Under the pieces are notes generated by a model, which made no database searches, was not told the DNA's origin, and saw nothing but the letters and a program-made list of their open reading frames with translations. From the IMG/VR virus record IMGVR_UViG_3300027896_005002, positions 1 through 64,000 of that record: a stretch of DNA of 64,000 bases; one strand, given 5' to 3'. Positions 30,359 to 40,822 of the stretch are shown here, piece by piece. The translations under genes were made by a program, and so were the position numbers. Position 1 is the first letter of the stretch; every line of letters begins with the position of its first letter.

Positions 30359-31630
30359 TTAGTTTAAATTCCGAATTGCTTCTTTATGATAACAATTTTT
30401 TTCACCACAATCACAAACTAATTGACTAGCAAATTTACTAACCTTATATTTTTCATCAACAATATATGCTGATCCAATTTTAACAATAGTTTCTGGCACA
30501 TAAACAAATCTTAAATTCTTATCCATGGCTTTCTTAAGTAATAAAATATTAACTGCTGTTCTTAATTTTTTTAATCTTGGATTTTTTTGCAATTGAACTT
30601 CAGCACGTTCAAGCTCTCGTCTAATTGTTGATCGTGGTATTCTTTGACCTTTACTTTCAAATTCATTTGAAATTTCACCTATACTCATTGGTTTACCTTC
30701 AACAGTTAAACCATATGTCATTTTAATCAATTGTTCTCTTAATGGATCACCTAATTCACTAATTGCTTTTAAAACTTCATCTGATGTTCTAGCTTTAATA
30801 ACTTGTTGTTCAGGTGTATCATAAAATGGACTTTCAGCGGGTAAATCTTCAGGTGGTATATCTGTAGATATCTGTTCTGGACCTATTACTTCATGCAATG
30901 TTCTAGATTTTTCATCGGCATCACTAACTTCAGATTCTAATGAGATAGCTTCACTAGTAAGCAGATTTGAAATTTCACCTGGTGTCACAGTAATCTTTAA
31001 GTTAGGATCTGCATTAATATCTCTTGCCATCTGTTCAAGATTTGGATATCGATCATCTGGATGATTATGTATATATTTTTGAATTATTCTAAGTTTTTTT
31101 CTATCAGTAGGCTCCATTGTTACTGTCCGTCTAAATACTTTACGAACTTCACTTTTTAAATGATTATTTAATGTTATTTTTAAATAATTAAATAACCCTG
31201 GATTATTAGGATCAGCTCTTCCCAATGTATCAACAAATATCAATTGAGCCATTTGTTTTATATCTTCTAAATCTTCACGAGATGGATACCTCGAACCAAT
31301 AACACGTTTAATTGCAGCACCTATCATTGGCATAAAATTATCCTGCAATTTTTCAAACTCTGCTTGAGATCCCGTTGTTTGAAAAGTCTTAAGTGAATTT
31401 TGTACTTGCGGTAATGTCATTTTAAAATTCTTAAAATCTTCATCATCACCATCTTTTAATTCCCTAAATTTGTCACTAGGTTTTGCTGTTAAAGTTCTTC
31501 TAGAACCAGGATGTTTTTTCAAATATACTCTTTGCTCATCTAAAGTTAATTCATCCCAATCGCGAGAGCATTTTACAACATTTGCTATTTTACTATTTAA
31601 TAACCTTTCTAATATCAAAACCTTAAACAT
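30359..31630 (-). CDS. Sigma70-family RNA polymerase sigma factor with N-terminal extension and C-terminal SWIM-like Zn finger
   Basis: Region 2-like EDIKQMAQLIFVDTLGRADP..GLFNYL; region 3-like PNLEQMA...ISLESEV...TLHEVI; region 4 HTH MSIGEIS...RSTIRRELERA; C-terminal CDC...CYH. Confidence 0.75.
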   Translation of the reverse strand: MFKVLILERLLNSKIANVVKCSRDWDELTLDEQRVYLKKHPGSRRTLTAKPSDKFRELKDGDDEDFKNFKMTLPQVQNSLKTFQTTGSQAEFEKLQDNFMPMIGAAIKRVIGSRYPSREDLEDIKQMAQLIFVDTLGRADPNNPGLFNYLKITLNNHLKSEVRKVFRRTVTMEPTDRKKLRIIQKYIHNHPDDRYPNLEQMARDINADPNLKITVTPGEISNLLTSEAISLESEVSDADEKSRTLHEVIGPEQISTDIPPEDLPAESPFYDTPEQQVIKARTSDEVLKAISELGDPLREQLIKMTYGLTVEGKPMSIGEISNEFESKGQRIPRSTIRRELERAEVQLQKNPRLKKLRTAVNILLLKKAMDKNLRFVYVPETIVKIGSAYIVDEKYKVSKFASQLVCDCGEKNCYHKEAIRNLN

Positions 31631-31642
31631 ATTTAAACTCCT

Positions 31643-32056
31643 TTATTCCTTCAATAAATGATTAAGCTCATCCCTTTTTGTTATGCCTGCGTCACTTTTA
31701 GCTTTATTTATAACAGTATTAGCACTATTTTGTTTTTGTAAAATTACAGATATTCTTTCAGACTCTTTCTTTTTTACTTCATCTTGTGATATATTACCAT
31801 ATTGTTTTTTCTGTCTTTTATTTTTATTATCATAAATCGCTTGCCATCTTTTATTAGCGTCTTCACCCACAATCTTGTCAATAGATGTGTTAGTACTATT
31901 CTTTACTACAAAACTAGTTGATGACATAATCTTTTCAGATTCATTACCGCAAACGGGACACCGAGCATCAAAGTTATTTAATGTTTTTAACTCTTCAAAT
32001 TTTTGACCACAAGTTTTACAAACAAATTCATAAATCGGCATATAAATCTCCTTCAT
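31643..32056 (-). CDS. FmdB-family zinc-ribbon protein
   Basis: MPIYEFVCKTCGQKFE...CPVCG...KIMS. Confidence 0.8.
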   Translation of the reverse strand: MKEIYMPIYEFVCKTCGQKFEELKTLNNFDARCPVCGNESEKIMSSTSFVVKNSTNTSIDKIVGEDANKRWQAIYDNKNKRQKKQYGNISQDEVKKKESERISVILQKQNSANTVINKAKSDAGITKRDELNHLLKE

Positions 32057-32064
32057 TTTTAAAT

Positions 32065-32865
32065 TTAAGTCTGCTTTATTCCGACAACTTTCTCAAAAAA
32101 TGTATCTAATTCCAATCTTAACTGTATTTTTTCTTTAATCTTATCAGCAGATACATCAATAGCTCTTTTATATACCTCAAAAGCTATACTGGTGAATTTA
32201 TCTTTTAACAATTTAATAGAATCTTTCAATTCCTCTCGAGAAATTAGTCTATCACCAATATACCACATATCAATAAATTCGCAACCTAATTGAAATAAAT
32301 ACTCGACTTTCTCATCAACAAAAACTTCAAATTCAGAATTTGATAAATTAGAAAATTCATCACTTAAAAAAGATGTCTTTATACAGTCTTTAATATCTTC
32401 ACGTAACATCGATTCAACAAATCTATTATAACTAATGTAATCTTCATGAGCACTTATACTTATACTTTCATGTAACTTTTTACTAAGTAAATTAGCATAA
32501 TCTGCCAATAATATTGATTTGACATTCTTGAGTTTTTGTTCAACATATGTCATTTGTATATTAATAATTTCAATATAATCAATTCGACAATTTTTTGTAA
32601 CAATTTCAGATGTTTTTGCAACTATATAACTAAAGTCAATATTATGTGGACAATTTTTATGAGGTACATCTTTTCCACTACGTCTTAAATTGTCAAATGA
32701 TAAAAATGAATTTCCAATTTTTAAATTTGGTTTTGTAATTATTATAAATAATGTCACACACAATACAACAAAAATAATTGTCACTATTACTTTTTGATCT
32801 GACGCATATATAAATATTTTTGCAATTGAATCCCATACACCAGTTGCTTTAGTCGTATCAATCAT
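32065..32865 (-). CDS. Membrane-anchored hypothetical protein
   Basis: N-terminal transmembrane segment; GAGG RBS. Confidence 0.6.
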   Translation of the reverse strand: MIDTTKATGVWDSIAKIFIYASDQKVIVTIIFVVLCVTLFIIITKPNLKIGNSFLSFDNLRRSGKDVPHKNCPHNIDFSYIVAKTSEIVTKNCRIDYIEIINIQMTYVEQKLKNVKSILLADYANLLSKKLHESISISAHEDYISYNRFVESMLREDIKDCIKTSFLSDEFSNLSNSEFEVFVDEKVEYLFQLGCEFIDMWYIGDRLISREELKDSIKLLKDKFTSIAFEVYKRAIDVSADKIKEKIQLRLELDTFFEKVVGIKQT

Positions 32866-32877
32866 GTTATCCTCATT

Positions 32878-33123
32878 CTATATGTAAACTCGAATTTTTG
32901 TCCTATCCTTATATCTTTTACCAAAACAATCTGTACAAACAACTTCACCATATGCTATTTCAATAATTTCATGTGTCTTTTTATCAACAATTTCAATCGG
33001 TATTCTTAACATTGAATCCTTTATCTCATTGCAGTCTGGACATCTTAATCCAGTCCTAATATTCATATTAATCTCTCCCATTGAAATTAATTTTATAAAT
33101 TTCAAAATACAGTATTCTAACAC
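32878..33123 (-). CDS. Small Zn-finger protein
   Basis: CPDC...CTDC; likely start at MNIRTG after GGAG. Confidence 0.5.
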   Translation of the reverse strand: MLEYCILKFIKLISMGEINMNIRTGLRCPDCNEIKDSMLRIPIEIVDKKTHEIIEIAYGEVVCTDCFGKRYKDRTKIRVYI

Positions 33124-33200
33124 TTCAATTTTTCAAATAGACAACACACAAGATTTATAAAATTATAAACCGATAAGAAGGAAAATTAAGGGGTAGGAAA

Positions 33201-35240
33201 CTAATCTTTTTTGGATTTTTTGTGGAACTTAAATTCTATAGGAGTACCATCAAGAGAAAACATTCGTTTACAACGCGGAAATTTCGAACATCCACCAAAT
33301 TGCTTACCAGATTTTTTGCCTGTTCTAATAATAATCGGTGATCCACATTTATCACAAACAACACCTGTAAGATATTCTGCCGGCTTTTTCTCTACTATTA
33401 AAGGTTGATTATTTGTACCAATTTTAAAGATCGCTTTACACGGTTTATCTTTATTTGTATAACCTGCGCAACCATAAAAATAACCATATTTACTAAATCG
33501 CTTAACTAATTTATTTTTACCACAAGTTGGACATATTATATCTGTTTCCTCATATTTTTTAGTATCATCTTTTCTAACATTATTCAATCTTTTCTTTAAT
33601 TCAATAAAGAAATCATCAACTACTTTATACCATATAACATCACCAGAAACTATTGCATCTAATCTGTCCTCTACTCTTGCAGTATAATTCAAGTTCATCA
33701 ATTCTGGAAATGATTGTAATAAATACCTTGCAACTTTTTTTCCTAATTCTGTAGGCACAAAAGCTTTACCATTCTTTTCAATATAAAATCTCGCCAATAA
33801 TGTTGATACGATCGTTGCATAGGTCGACGGTCTACCAATTCCTTGTTCTTCTAATGTTTTAACTAATGATGCAGTATTATATGCAGCTGGAGGTTTTGTA
33901 AAATGTTGCTTGCTATCAACAACTGTTAATTTTACAATTTCATCTTCTTGAACTTGAGGTAATAATTCATCTTTTGAATCACTATACGGCCAATATTTTA
34001 AAAAACCATCAAATACTAATGTTTGACCATTAGCAACAAATATATGTTTTTCATTATCTGATTCAACTTCAACTTTTGTTACGTCAAATTCTGCATCAGA
34101 CATTTGACAGGAAACAAATCTATAATAAATCGCTTCATACAATTTATATTCATCATCAGGTATACTTTGCCTAACTTGACTTAAAGTAAATTCTAAATGT
34201 GCAGGTCGAATACCTTCATGAGCTTCCTGTGCAGATATATTTTTTGATTTAAATATTCGTGGACTTTCAGATAAATATTTTTGTCCCTCTTTATCTAAAA
34301 TAAATTGTCTGACTGCACTTAAAGCTTCAGAACTAATATTTACAGAATCTGTTCTATGATAAGTAATTAATCCTGTAGAATCATGACCAACAATTTGAAA
34401 ACCTTCATATAACCTTTGAGCATTTTTCATTGTTCTATCACCATCCCAACCAAAAGATGATGAACAAAATTGCTGTAAAGAAGCTGTATTAAACAATGGT
34501 GATGGTGATCGTTTTTTCTTCGTTTTTGTTGTAGATTTAATCGACCACTTTTTGACATCTCTAATCAATTCTAAAGCAGCATCCGTCTGCTGCTTATTAA
34601 CTAATTTTTCATCGCTTTTATAATTTGCAGAAAATATATTATTTCTTGGCGTTGAAAATTTACCTGTTATATCCCAATATTCTTCTGGTTTAAAAGCATC
34701 AATTTCATCTTGTCTTTCAACAATCAATTTTAACCCAATTGATTGAACTCTACCAGCAGATGTTCCTTTACAAACATATTTCCATAAAATCGGTGATACT
34801 TTGAATCCTACTAAAAAATCTAATACGGATCTTGCCTGTTGAGCATTATATAAATGTTCATCAAGTGTCGTAGGATTTTGAATCGCTCGTAATATTGCTG
34901 ATTTAGTTATTTCCTGAAATCTTGCGCGTTTAATAGGACATTTTTTTCCTACAACAAATTTTGCAATATGCATTCCAATAGCAGTACCTTCTCTGTCGTC
35001 ATCAGTTGCTATTATAACTTCATCGCATTCTTTTGCTAATGCTCTTATTTCATTAATGACTTGCTTTTTCTTAGGTATTGCAATATAATTTGGTGTATAA
35101 TTATTTTCAATATCTATTGCAGTAACTTTTGGTTCAATTTGATAACAGTGACCCACACTGGCTTTTACCCTATATTCAGGCCCCAAAAACGATTGAATCA
35201 CTCTTACTTTACCTGGAGATTCCACAATAAATAATTTCAT
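33201..35240 (-). CDS. topA: DNA topoisomerase I (type IA)
   Basis: IVESPGK, ATDDDREG, SAGRVQS, LITYHRTDS (catalytic Tyr), QEAHEGIRP, GIGRPSTY, C4 zinc ribbons. Confidence 0.95.
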   Translation of the reverse strand: MKLFIVESPGKVRVIQSFLGPEYRVKASVGHCYQIEPKVTAIDIENNYTPNYIAIPKKKQVINEIRALAKECDEVIIATDDDREGTAIGMHIAKFVVGKKCPIKRARFQEITKSAILRAIQNPTTLDEHLYNAQQARSVLDFLVGFKVSPILWKYVCKGTSAGRVQSIGLKLIVERQDEIDAFKPEEYWDITGKFSTPRNNIFSANYKSDEKLVNKQQTDAALELIRDVKKWSIKSTTKTKKKRSPSPLFNTASLQQFCSSSFGWDGDRTMKNAQRLYEGFQIVGHDSTGLITYHRTDSVNISSEALSAVRQFILDKEGQKYLSESPRIFKSKNISAQEAHEGIRPAHLEFTLSQVRQSIPDDEYKLYEAIYYRFVSCQMSDAEFDVTKVEVESDNEKHIFVANGQTLVFDGFLKYWPYSDSKDELLPQVQEDEIVKLTVVDSKQHFTKPPAAYNTASLVKTLEEQGIGRPSTYATIVSTLLARFYIEKNGKAFVPTELGKKVARYLLQSFPELMNLNYTARVEDRLDAIVSGDVIWYKVVDDFFIELKKRLNNVRKDDTKKYEETDIICPTCGKNKLVKRFSKYGYFYGCAGYTNKDKPCKAIFKIGTNNQPLIVEKKPAEYLTGVVCDKCGSPIIIRTGKKSGKQFGGCSKFPRCKRMFSLDGTPIEFKFHKKSKKD

Positions 35241-35512
35241 GTTTGTACCTTTATCACTTTTAGCGGCAATTTTGAATCATCAGGCCATTCCATTTGATAA
35301 CCACAAAACTTCCACCAATTATCACCAAGTTTGCGAATATGGTCCTTCCATTTTTTACTTCGTTCATATTCACGTTCAAACTGCCAACTTGGATTATTCA
35401 AAAAAATTGGAGATGGTGGATTCAATTTTTTCCATGTTTCATACTCATTTTTACAAAACATTATCCATTCTTGTTCTAATTCAAAACTAATATCATCTGA
35501 ATTTTCATTCAT
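35237..35512 (-). CDS. Hypothetical Trp-rich protein
   Basis: Translationally coupled to both neighbours (ATGA overlaps). Confidence 0.55.
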   Translation of the reverse strand: MNENSDDISFELEQEWIMFCKNEYETWKKLNPPSPIFLNNPSWQFEREYERSKKWKDHIRKLGDNWWKFCGYQMEWPDDSKLPLKVIKVQT

Positions 35513-35733
35513 TTAACTTTACTTGCAAGATAATCAACTAAATCATCAAGTTTGTGAAAATTAGCAATATCTTCATCGGGAATTTCAAGACTAAAAGCTT
35601 CTTCCGTAGCAATTATAAGATTTACACAATCTAAAGAATCAATGTTAAAGGCAGTGGCATCATCTACTATGTCGATACAAAGTTCGTCAGCAATAATTTG
35701 TTTTAATTTGTCTTTAATAGTATTTCTATCCAT
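35509..35733 (-). CDS. acpP: Acyl carrier protein
   Basis: IDSLD phosphopantetheine site and EEAFSLEIPDED; 74 aa, acidic. Confidence 0.88.
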   Translation of the reverse strand: MDRNTIKDKLKQIIADELCIDIVDDATAFNIDSLDCVNLIIATEEAFSLEIPDEDIANFHKLDDLVDYLASKVK

Positions 35734-35745
35734 AAATTATCCTTT

Positions 35746-38313
35746 CTAATCTTCATCTTTTGATTCAATAACAGCATCATCAACATCTGATTCTTGAATA
35801 CCCTCAAGCATTTTTTCATCAGTAACTACACCGATATATGCTACAGCAGCAATTGAATCATCCTTTAGTTTTTGAATTTTACAACCTTGTGTATTTCGAC
35901 CAAGTTTATGAATTTGATTTATTCTTAATCTTATTAATATCCCCTTTTGTGTAATGACAATAAATTGTTCATCTTCATTTTCAATAACATTTGCAGATAT
36001 AATCTTTCCTGTAACAATATTAACATTCATGCAAATTATACCACAACCACCTCGATTCTGTGTTCTAAATTTTGTTAATACAGTCTTTTTAGAATATCCA
36101 CGCTCAGTAACAACTATTAAACAACTTGATTCAATTTTTATCAAATTTGAAGAAACAATACAATCATTATCTGATAATTTAATTCCTCTAATACCAATAC
36201 TATGTTTTCCTGCAGCTCTAACAGAACTACTTGGAAATCGAATTGACATTCCTCCTCTTGTAACTAATAATAAGTCAACATCATGATCCAATAGTTTTAC
36301 ATCTACTAATGAATCATCATTTTCCAAACCAATTATCATTGTACCCGTAGATCGAGGTCTTTGTAATTTCTCAGCTTTTAATTTCTTAACCTGACCATTT
36401 TTGGTAACAATAATAAAATGCTTACCTGTTAAATCTGATATTGGAATAACCCTAACAACTTTTTCATTTTCATTTAATTTTAAAATATTTAATATTGAAC
36501 TACCGGCTGCAGTTCTTCCCAAAGAGGGTATGTCATAAGCATTCATCTTATAACATAAGCCTTTATTTGTAAAAACCAATGTATAACTTCTAGTTGATAG
36601 TTGAAAAATACTTTCTACATAATCTTCATCCTTAATATCAACACCAATTAATCCTCTTCCTTTAACATTTTGCAATTTATATTCAGTTACTGGTGTTCGT
36701 TTAACTAATCCATTATGAGTAACTGTGATAACAACATCTTCCTCTTGTATTTCCTCAATATCATCAATATTTTTTTCATTCTCATCAATATCTAAAATCT
36801 TCGTCTTTCTTTCATCTCCAAACCGTGTTTTAATATCAATCAATTCATCTTTTATTTGCTTAATTATCAAATCTTCAGATTCTAAAAATTCGGTCAACTT
36901 TTTGATAATTTTGGCAATTTCTATATGGTCATTAACAATTGTATCGCGTTCAAATTGAGCTAATTTCTGAATCCTCAAATCTAGAATTGCTTTGATTTGA
37001 ATATCATCCAATCCATATTTTCTTAATTTTGTATATGTTTCCTCAGTCGAAGAAGATGTTTTAACATCTATCAATATTTGATCCAAATTATCAAAGACAA
37101 TTAAAAATCCTTCTAAAATATGACATCGTTCTTTGTTCTTTCTTAATTCAAATTCGGCGCGTCTAATAACAATATCTTTTCTATGAATTAAAAAATGTTT
37201 AAATATTTCCTTCAATCCAACCATCCTTGGCATGTTATTTACTAATGCTCTCATATAAATAGCATGCTTACATTGCAATTCTGTGCGTCGATATAAAGTA
37301 TTCAAAACCATTGAAGCTTGAACACCTTTTCGTAATTCAATTACAATCCTAGTTCCTGTTTTATCAGATTCATCTCGCAGATCAGCTATACCATCAATAC
37401 CTTCTAACTTTTCTTCCTTACTCTGATATAACTCCGCAATACGAGTAATTAAATTTTCTCTATCTAATTGATATGGTAATTCCGTAATGATAATCCTATG
37501 TTTTTTGCCTTTTTCATCAATTTCTGCTTTTGCTCTTAAAGTAACAGAACCTCGACCAGTTTCATAAATTTGAGCAAGATTTGTTTTAAACATATAAGCA
37601 CCAGATGGAAAATCTGGACCTTTAATATACTGCATCAATTCCTGAACAGTAATATCTTCATTAGCAATATAAGCAATTAAAGCATCAACTACTTCAGTTA
37701 AATTATGTGGTGGAGTAGATGTAGCCATACCGACTGCAATTCCAAGTGATCCATTTATCAAAAATAGCGGCACTTTCGTTGGCAATACTTTGGGTTCCTG
37801 TAACGTACCATCATAATTTGGCATAAAATCCACAGTATCTTTATCAAGATCTGCCAATATTACATCATCCGAGATTTTTGCCAATTTCATTTCTGTATAT
37901 CGATGAGCAGCTGGAGGATCTTCTAACGATCCAAAATTTCCTTGACCAAAAATTAACGGATATCTTGTAGTAAAAGGTTGTACTAATCTAACAGCAGCTC
38001 CATAACTTTCACCGTGAGGATGATATTTGGCCATTACAGTGCCAACAACATTTGCAGATTTTTTTGTAACTTTATTATTGGTTAAACCCATTTCATGCAT
38101 TGTATATAAAATTCTACGAGCAACAGGTTTTAACCCATCACAAATATCTGGTAATGCTCTTTCCTTAATAACACTTAAAGCATAAGCCAAATACATCTTT
38201 GGTAAAATTTCGTGCGCTTTAACGTCAAATTGACCAATTTCTATGCCAATATTAACGTCAACTTCGTCGCCTTCATCAATATCATCTAATTCATCAGACA
38301 TTCTTACCACCAT
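35746..38313 (-). CDS. gyrA: DNA gyrase subunit A
   Basis: RALPDICDGLKPVARR, YHPHG, AAHRYTE (catalytic Tyr), GIAVGMAT, GPDFP, six-blade C-terminal pinwheel. Confidence 0.95.
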   Translation of the reverse strand: MVVRMSDELDDIDEGDEVDVNIGIEIGQFDVKAHEILPKMYLAYALSVIKERALPDICDGLKPVARRILYTMHEMGLTNNKVTKKSANVVGTVMAKYHPHGESYGAAVRLVQPFTTRYPLIFGQGNFGSLEDPPAAHRYTEMKLAKISDDVILADLDKDTVDFMPNYDGTLQEPKVLPTKVPLFLINGSLGIAVGMATSTPPHNLTEVVDALIAYIANEDITVQELMQYIKGPDFPSGAYMFKTNLAQIYETGRGSVTLRAKAEIDEKGKKHRIIITELPYQLDRENLITRIAELYQSKEEKLEGIDGIADLRDESDKTGTRIVIELRKGVQASMVLNTLYRRTELQCKHAIYMRALVNNMPRMVGLKEIFKHFLIHRKDIVIRRAEFELRKNKERCHILEGFLIVFDNLDQILIDVKTSSSTEETYTKLRKYGLDDIQIKAILDLRIQKLAQFERDTIVNDHIEIAKIIKKLTEFLESEDLIIKQIKDELIDIKTRFGDERKTKILDIDENEKNIDDIEEIQEEDVVITVTHNGLVKRTPVTEYKLQNVKGRGLIGVDIKDEDYVESIFQLSTRSYTLVFTNKGLCYKMNAYDIPSLGRTAAGSSILNILKLNENEKVVRVIPISDLTGKHFIIVTKNGQVKKLKAEKLQRPRSTGTMIIGLENDDSLVDVKLLDHDVDLLLVTRGGMSIRFPSSSVRAAGKHSIGIRGIKLSDNDCIVSSNLIKIESSCLIVVTERGYSKKTVLTKFRTQNRGGCGIICMNVNIVTGKIISANVIENEDEQFIVITQKGILIRLRINQIHKLGRNTQGCKIQKLKDDSIAAVAYIGVVTDEKMLEGIQESDVDDAVIESKDED

Positions 38314-38603
38314 CTTTTCATATGTTCACGAAGCTTTTTAAAATCATTTGTCATCATTGCATCATTAGCAAGTTCTATCAATTCATCTTGAAATATTCCA
38401 TAAGCAAAATTATATATTCTTGCTTTCTCATTAGCATTTATAGTTTTTTCAATATAATAAGCACATTTATTTGCACTATGAGCATGTGCACCGTTTCCAA
38501 AATTTTTTAATTTCCTAATTACTTCTTCTGCTTCATTTTTTTGATCTAATATCTCATTAAATTTTCGTTCTAACATATTAAGCATCAATTTCAGATTCAT
38601 CAA
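38304..38603 (-). CDS. Hypothetical protein between gyrB and gyrA
   Basis: ORF overlaps both neighbours. Confidence 0.5.
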   Translation of the reverse strand: MMNLKLMLNMLERKFNEILDQKNEAEEVIRKLKNFGNGAHAHSANKCAYYIEKTINANEKARIYNFAYGIFQDELIELANDAMMTNDFKKLREHMKRWW

Positions 38604-40491
38604 TTGTTAAAGCATTTGTTGTAATATATTCTTTTCGAGGACCAACGTCATCACTCATTAATATTTTGAAAATATTATCAGTTTCTATGTCATCAGTAAT
38701 AATAACTCTTGCGAGTCTTCGCGTTTTAGGATCCATTGTTGTCACAGCTAATTGTTCAGGATTCATTTCACCTAAACCTTTAAACCGTGTAATAATTGCG
38801 CTTTCTGCATTCTTAGCATTTTTCTTCCATGCTGTCAATTCTTCATCATCATTTACATATTGATCATGTTTACCTACTCTTATTTTATATAATGGAGGCT
38901 GTGCTAAATAAATATGACCTTCTGTTATCAATGGTTTCATATATCGATAAAATAATGTTAATAATAATGATCGAATATGAGCGCCATCAACATCGGCATC
39001 CGTCATAATAATAACTTTTGAATATCGTAATTTTGATAGATCATTTGTTTCAATGTTATATCCAATAGAAGCAATTAATGATTGAATTTCTTTATTATCC
39101 AATATTTTCGTTAATACATTCTTTTCAACATTTAATACTTTACCTTTTAATGATAATACTGCTTGAAAATCCCGATCTCTACCTTGTTTTGCAGACCCGG
39201 CAGCACTTTCTCCTTCAACAATCAATAATTCACATTTTTCAGGATTTTTGCATGAACAATCAGTCAATTTTCCAGGTAATGAAAATGATGACAAAATATT
39301 TTTTCGTCGAACAGTATCCCTTGCTTTTCTAGCCTCTTCAGCTGCAATACATGCCTGAGCAATTTTACCAGCAATTGCCATTGCTGTATCATTAAATTCT
39401 GCAAAATAATCATTTATTGCTTTTAAAACTTGATCGTAGACTATTTTTTTGATTTCTGGATTACCTAATGTAGATTTTGTTTGACCTTCAAATTCAGGAT
39501 TAGGTAATTTTATGGAGATGATAGCTGTTAGACCTTCAAGAATATCTCTTGGTGTTGGTCTAATATCTAATCCTTTATATAATTTTTTCTTTTCTGAGTA
39601 AATAAGAATAGCATCTAATAATGCAGATTTAAATCCAGATAAATGTGATCCACCATCTCGAGTATTTACATTATTTGCAAATGATAAAACTTCTTCTGAA
39701 TATGTTTTATTATATTGAAATGCTATTTCAATTCTTATTTTTTCAATTTGCTCATCCAAATAAATAATTGGACTAATTACTTCTTTGTCATTATTTAAAT
39801 TTTCAATAAATGCAGTTATTCCACCATCAGAGAAAAATTCAACTTTTTCATTAGTTTTTTCATCTAAAAGAATTATTTTAACGCCTTTATTCAAATACGC
39901 CAATTGTTGTAATCGATTATAAAGAATTTTGTATTGAAATTCAATAGTTTGAAAAATACTATGATCAGGTTTAAACTTAATTTCAGTTCCAGTTAACTTA
40001 GAACTTTGGCCTTTAATAAGAGGACCTGTAATTACCCCCTTTTTATATGATTGTGACCATGAAAATCCATCTCTACAAACTGTTAAAAACAAATCTTCCG
40101 ATAAAAAATTAACTGCTGATACACCCACACCATGTAAACCTGATGATGTCTTATATGAATCATTATCAAATTTTCCACCTGAACGAAATGTCGTCATTAC
40201 CATTTCTACAGCAGGTTTATTCGTATCCGGATGGATATCAACAGGTATTCCTCGACCATTATCTTTTACAGTTACAAAACCATCTTTATGAATGACACAA
40301 GTTATTTCATCACCATAACCATTTGTAATTTCATCAATACAATTATCTACGACTTCATATACTAAATGATGTAATCCAAAAGATCCTGTGTCACCAATAT
40401 ACATTGCAGGTCTTAATCTGCAATGAGTTCTATCATCCATTTGTTGGATAGATCTTGCATCATATTTTTTGTCTACGACATCATTATTCAT
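38578..40491 (-). CDS. gyrB: DNA gyrase subunit B
   Basis: RPAMYIG, EVVDN, DNGRGIP, GLHGVGVS, VEGESA, MTDADVDG, RFKGLGEMN. Confidence 0.95.
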   Translation of the reverse strand: MNNDVVDKKYDARSIQQMDDRTHCRLRPAMYIGDTGSFGLHHLVYEVVDNCIDEITNGYGDEITCVIHKDGFVTVKDNGRGIPVDIHPDTNKPAVEMVMTTFRSGGKFDNDSYKTSSGLHGVGVSAVNFLSEDLFLTVCRDGFSWSQSYKKGVITGPLIKGQSSKLTGTEIKFKPDHSIFQTIEFQYKILYNRLQQLAYLNKGVKIILLDEKTNEKVEFFSDGGITAFIENLNNDKEVISPIIYLDEQIEKIRIEIAFQYNKTYSEEVLSFANNVNTRDGGSHLSGFKSALLDAILIYSEKKKLYKGLDIRPTPRDILEGLTAIISIKLPNPEFEGQTKSTLGNPEIKKIVYDQVLKAINDYFAEFNDTAMAIAGKIAQACIAAEEARKARDTVRRKNILSSFSLPGKLTDCSCKNPEKCELLIVEGESAAGSAKQGRDRDFQAVLSLKGKVLNVEKNVLTKILDNKEIQSLIASIGYNIETNDLSKLRYSKVIIMTDADVDGAHIRSLLLTLFYRYMKPLITEGHIYLAQPPLYKIRVGKHDQYVNDDEELTAWKKNAKNAESAIITRFKGLGEMNPEQLAVTTMDPKTRRLARVIITDDIETDNIFKILMSDDVGPRKEYITTNALTIDESEIDA

Positions 40492-40555
40492 ATAGTCTCC
40501 ATATATATATAATCACAATTTTAGTCATAGAAATCATAGATTTATAACAAAGATT

Positions 40556-40822
40556 TTATTGAAGATCATTGACTGATGATACCGATTTATTATGATTTGC
40601 AGCTTTTTTTCCAGCTTTTAAATTTTTTTCAGTCATTGATTTTTTAAAGCGAGAACTTGAGGATGAAAATCCATCACCTTTTAAAATAAATCCCGATCCA
40701 CCTGTAATTAATCTGTGTGTACTGTCTTTACATTTATTACACTTTATTTCTGGAGTTTCATTTACACCATGCATTTCTTCTTGTATATTACCACAATTAT
40801 TGCATTCATATTCATATATCAT
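40556..40822 (-). CDS. FmdB-family zinc-ribbon protein
   Basis: YEYECNNCG...CNKC...RLITGGSGFILKGDGF. Confidence 0.8.
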   Translation of the reverse strand: MIYEYECNNCGNIQEEMHGVNETPEIKCNKCKDSTHRLITGGSGFILKGDGFSSSSSRFKKSMTEKNLKAGKKAANHNKSVSSVNDLQ

